The notes beneath the pieces are model-generated. The model saw only the letters and a list, made by a program, of their open reading frames with translations. It was not told the DNA's origin and made no database searches. Positions 63,985 to 64,000 of a DNA stretch of 64,000 bases are shown piece after piece. The stretch lies in contig NC_081396.1 of assembly GCF_030684315.1 (NCBI RefSeq), positions 1,488,001 through 1,552,000 on the forward strand. The letters run 5' to 3'. The translations under genes were made by a program, and so were the position numbers. Numbering within the stretch: the stretch's first letter is position 1; every line of letters starts with the position of its first letter. The DNA comes from Stegostoma tigrinum (lineage: Eukaryota).

Positions 63985-64000
63985 CGCGTAGAGGCCTTCC

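Overview
Vertebrate genomic DNA, almost certainly a cartilaginous fish (shark-type HE1 SINEs, CR1/HER LINEs and Penelope elements), with three N gaps. The ORF track is mostly noise; the real genes are spliced. The window holds three paralogous two-exon GPR139/GPR142-like rhodopsin-class GPCR genes: exon 1 only at 850-919 (-), a gene at 17792-20690 (+) whose ATG has become ATT, and an intact gene at 53965-56120 (-). All three share a rigidly spaced promoter cassette: homeodomain-like hexamer, 2 nt, Olf-1/EBF-like 10-mer, 11 nt, AATAAA TATA-like box, 72-74 nt, start codon. This resembles olfactory-receptor promoter logic and is the best candidate for an undescribed system, a shark chemoreceptor-like GPCR family. 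Interspersed on the + strand are a T-cell receptor V-alpha/delta-type pseudogene (leader, V exon, RSS; 45773-46246) and two or three heavily decayed V relics. A 677-bp near-perfect inverted duplication brackets exon 2 of the intact GPCR. The right end is an endogenous retrovirus (LTR, tRNA-Ser-like PBS, leader with an array of tRNA T-arm-like hairpins) whose interior is a patchwork of at least three retroviral lineages. The rest is decayed CR1 LINEs, hammerhead-bearing Penelope elements, SINEs and a Gmr1-type Gypsy element. All calls were made by eye without database searches; transposon boundaries are approximate.
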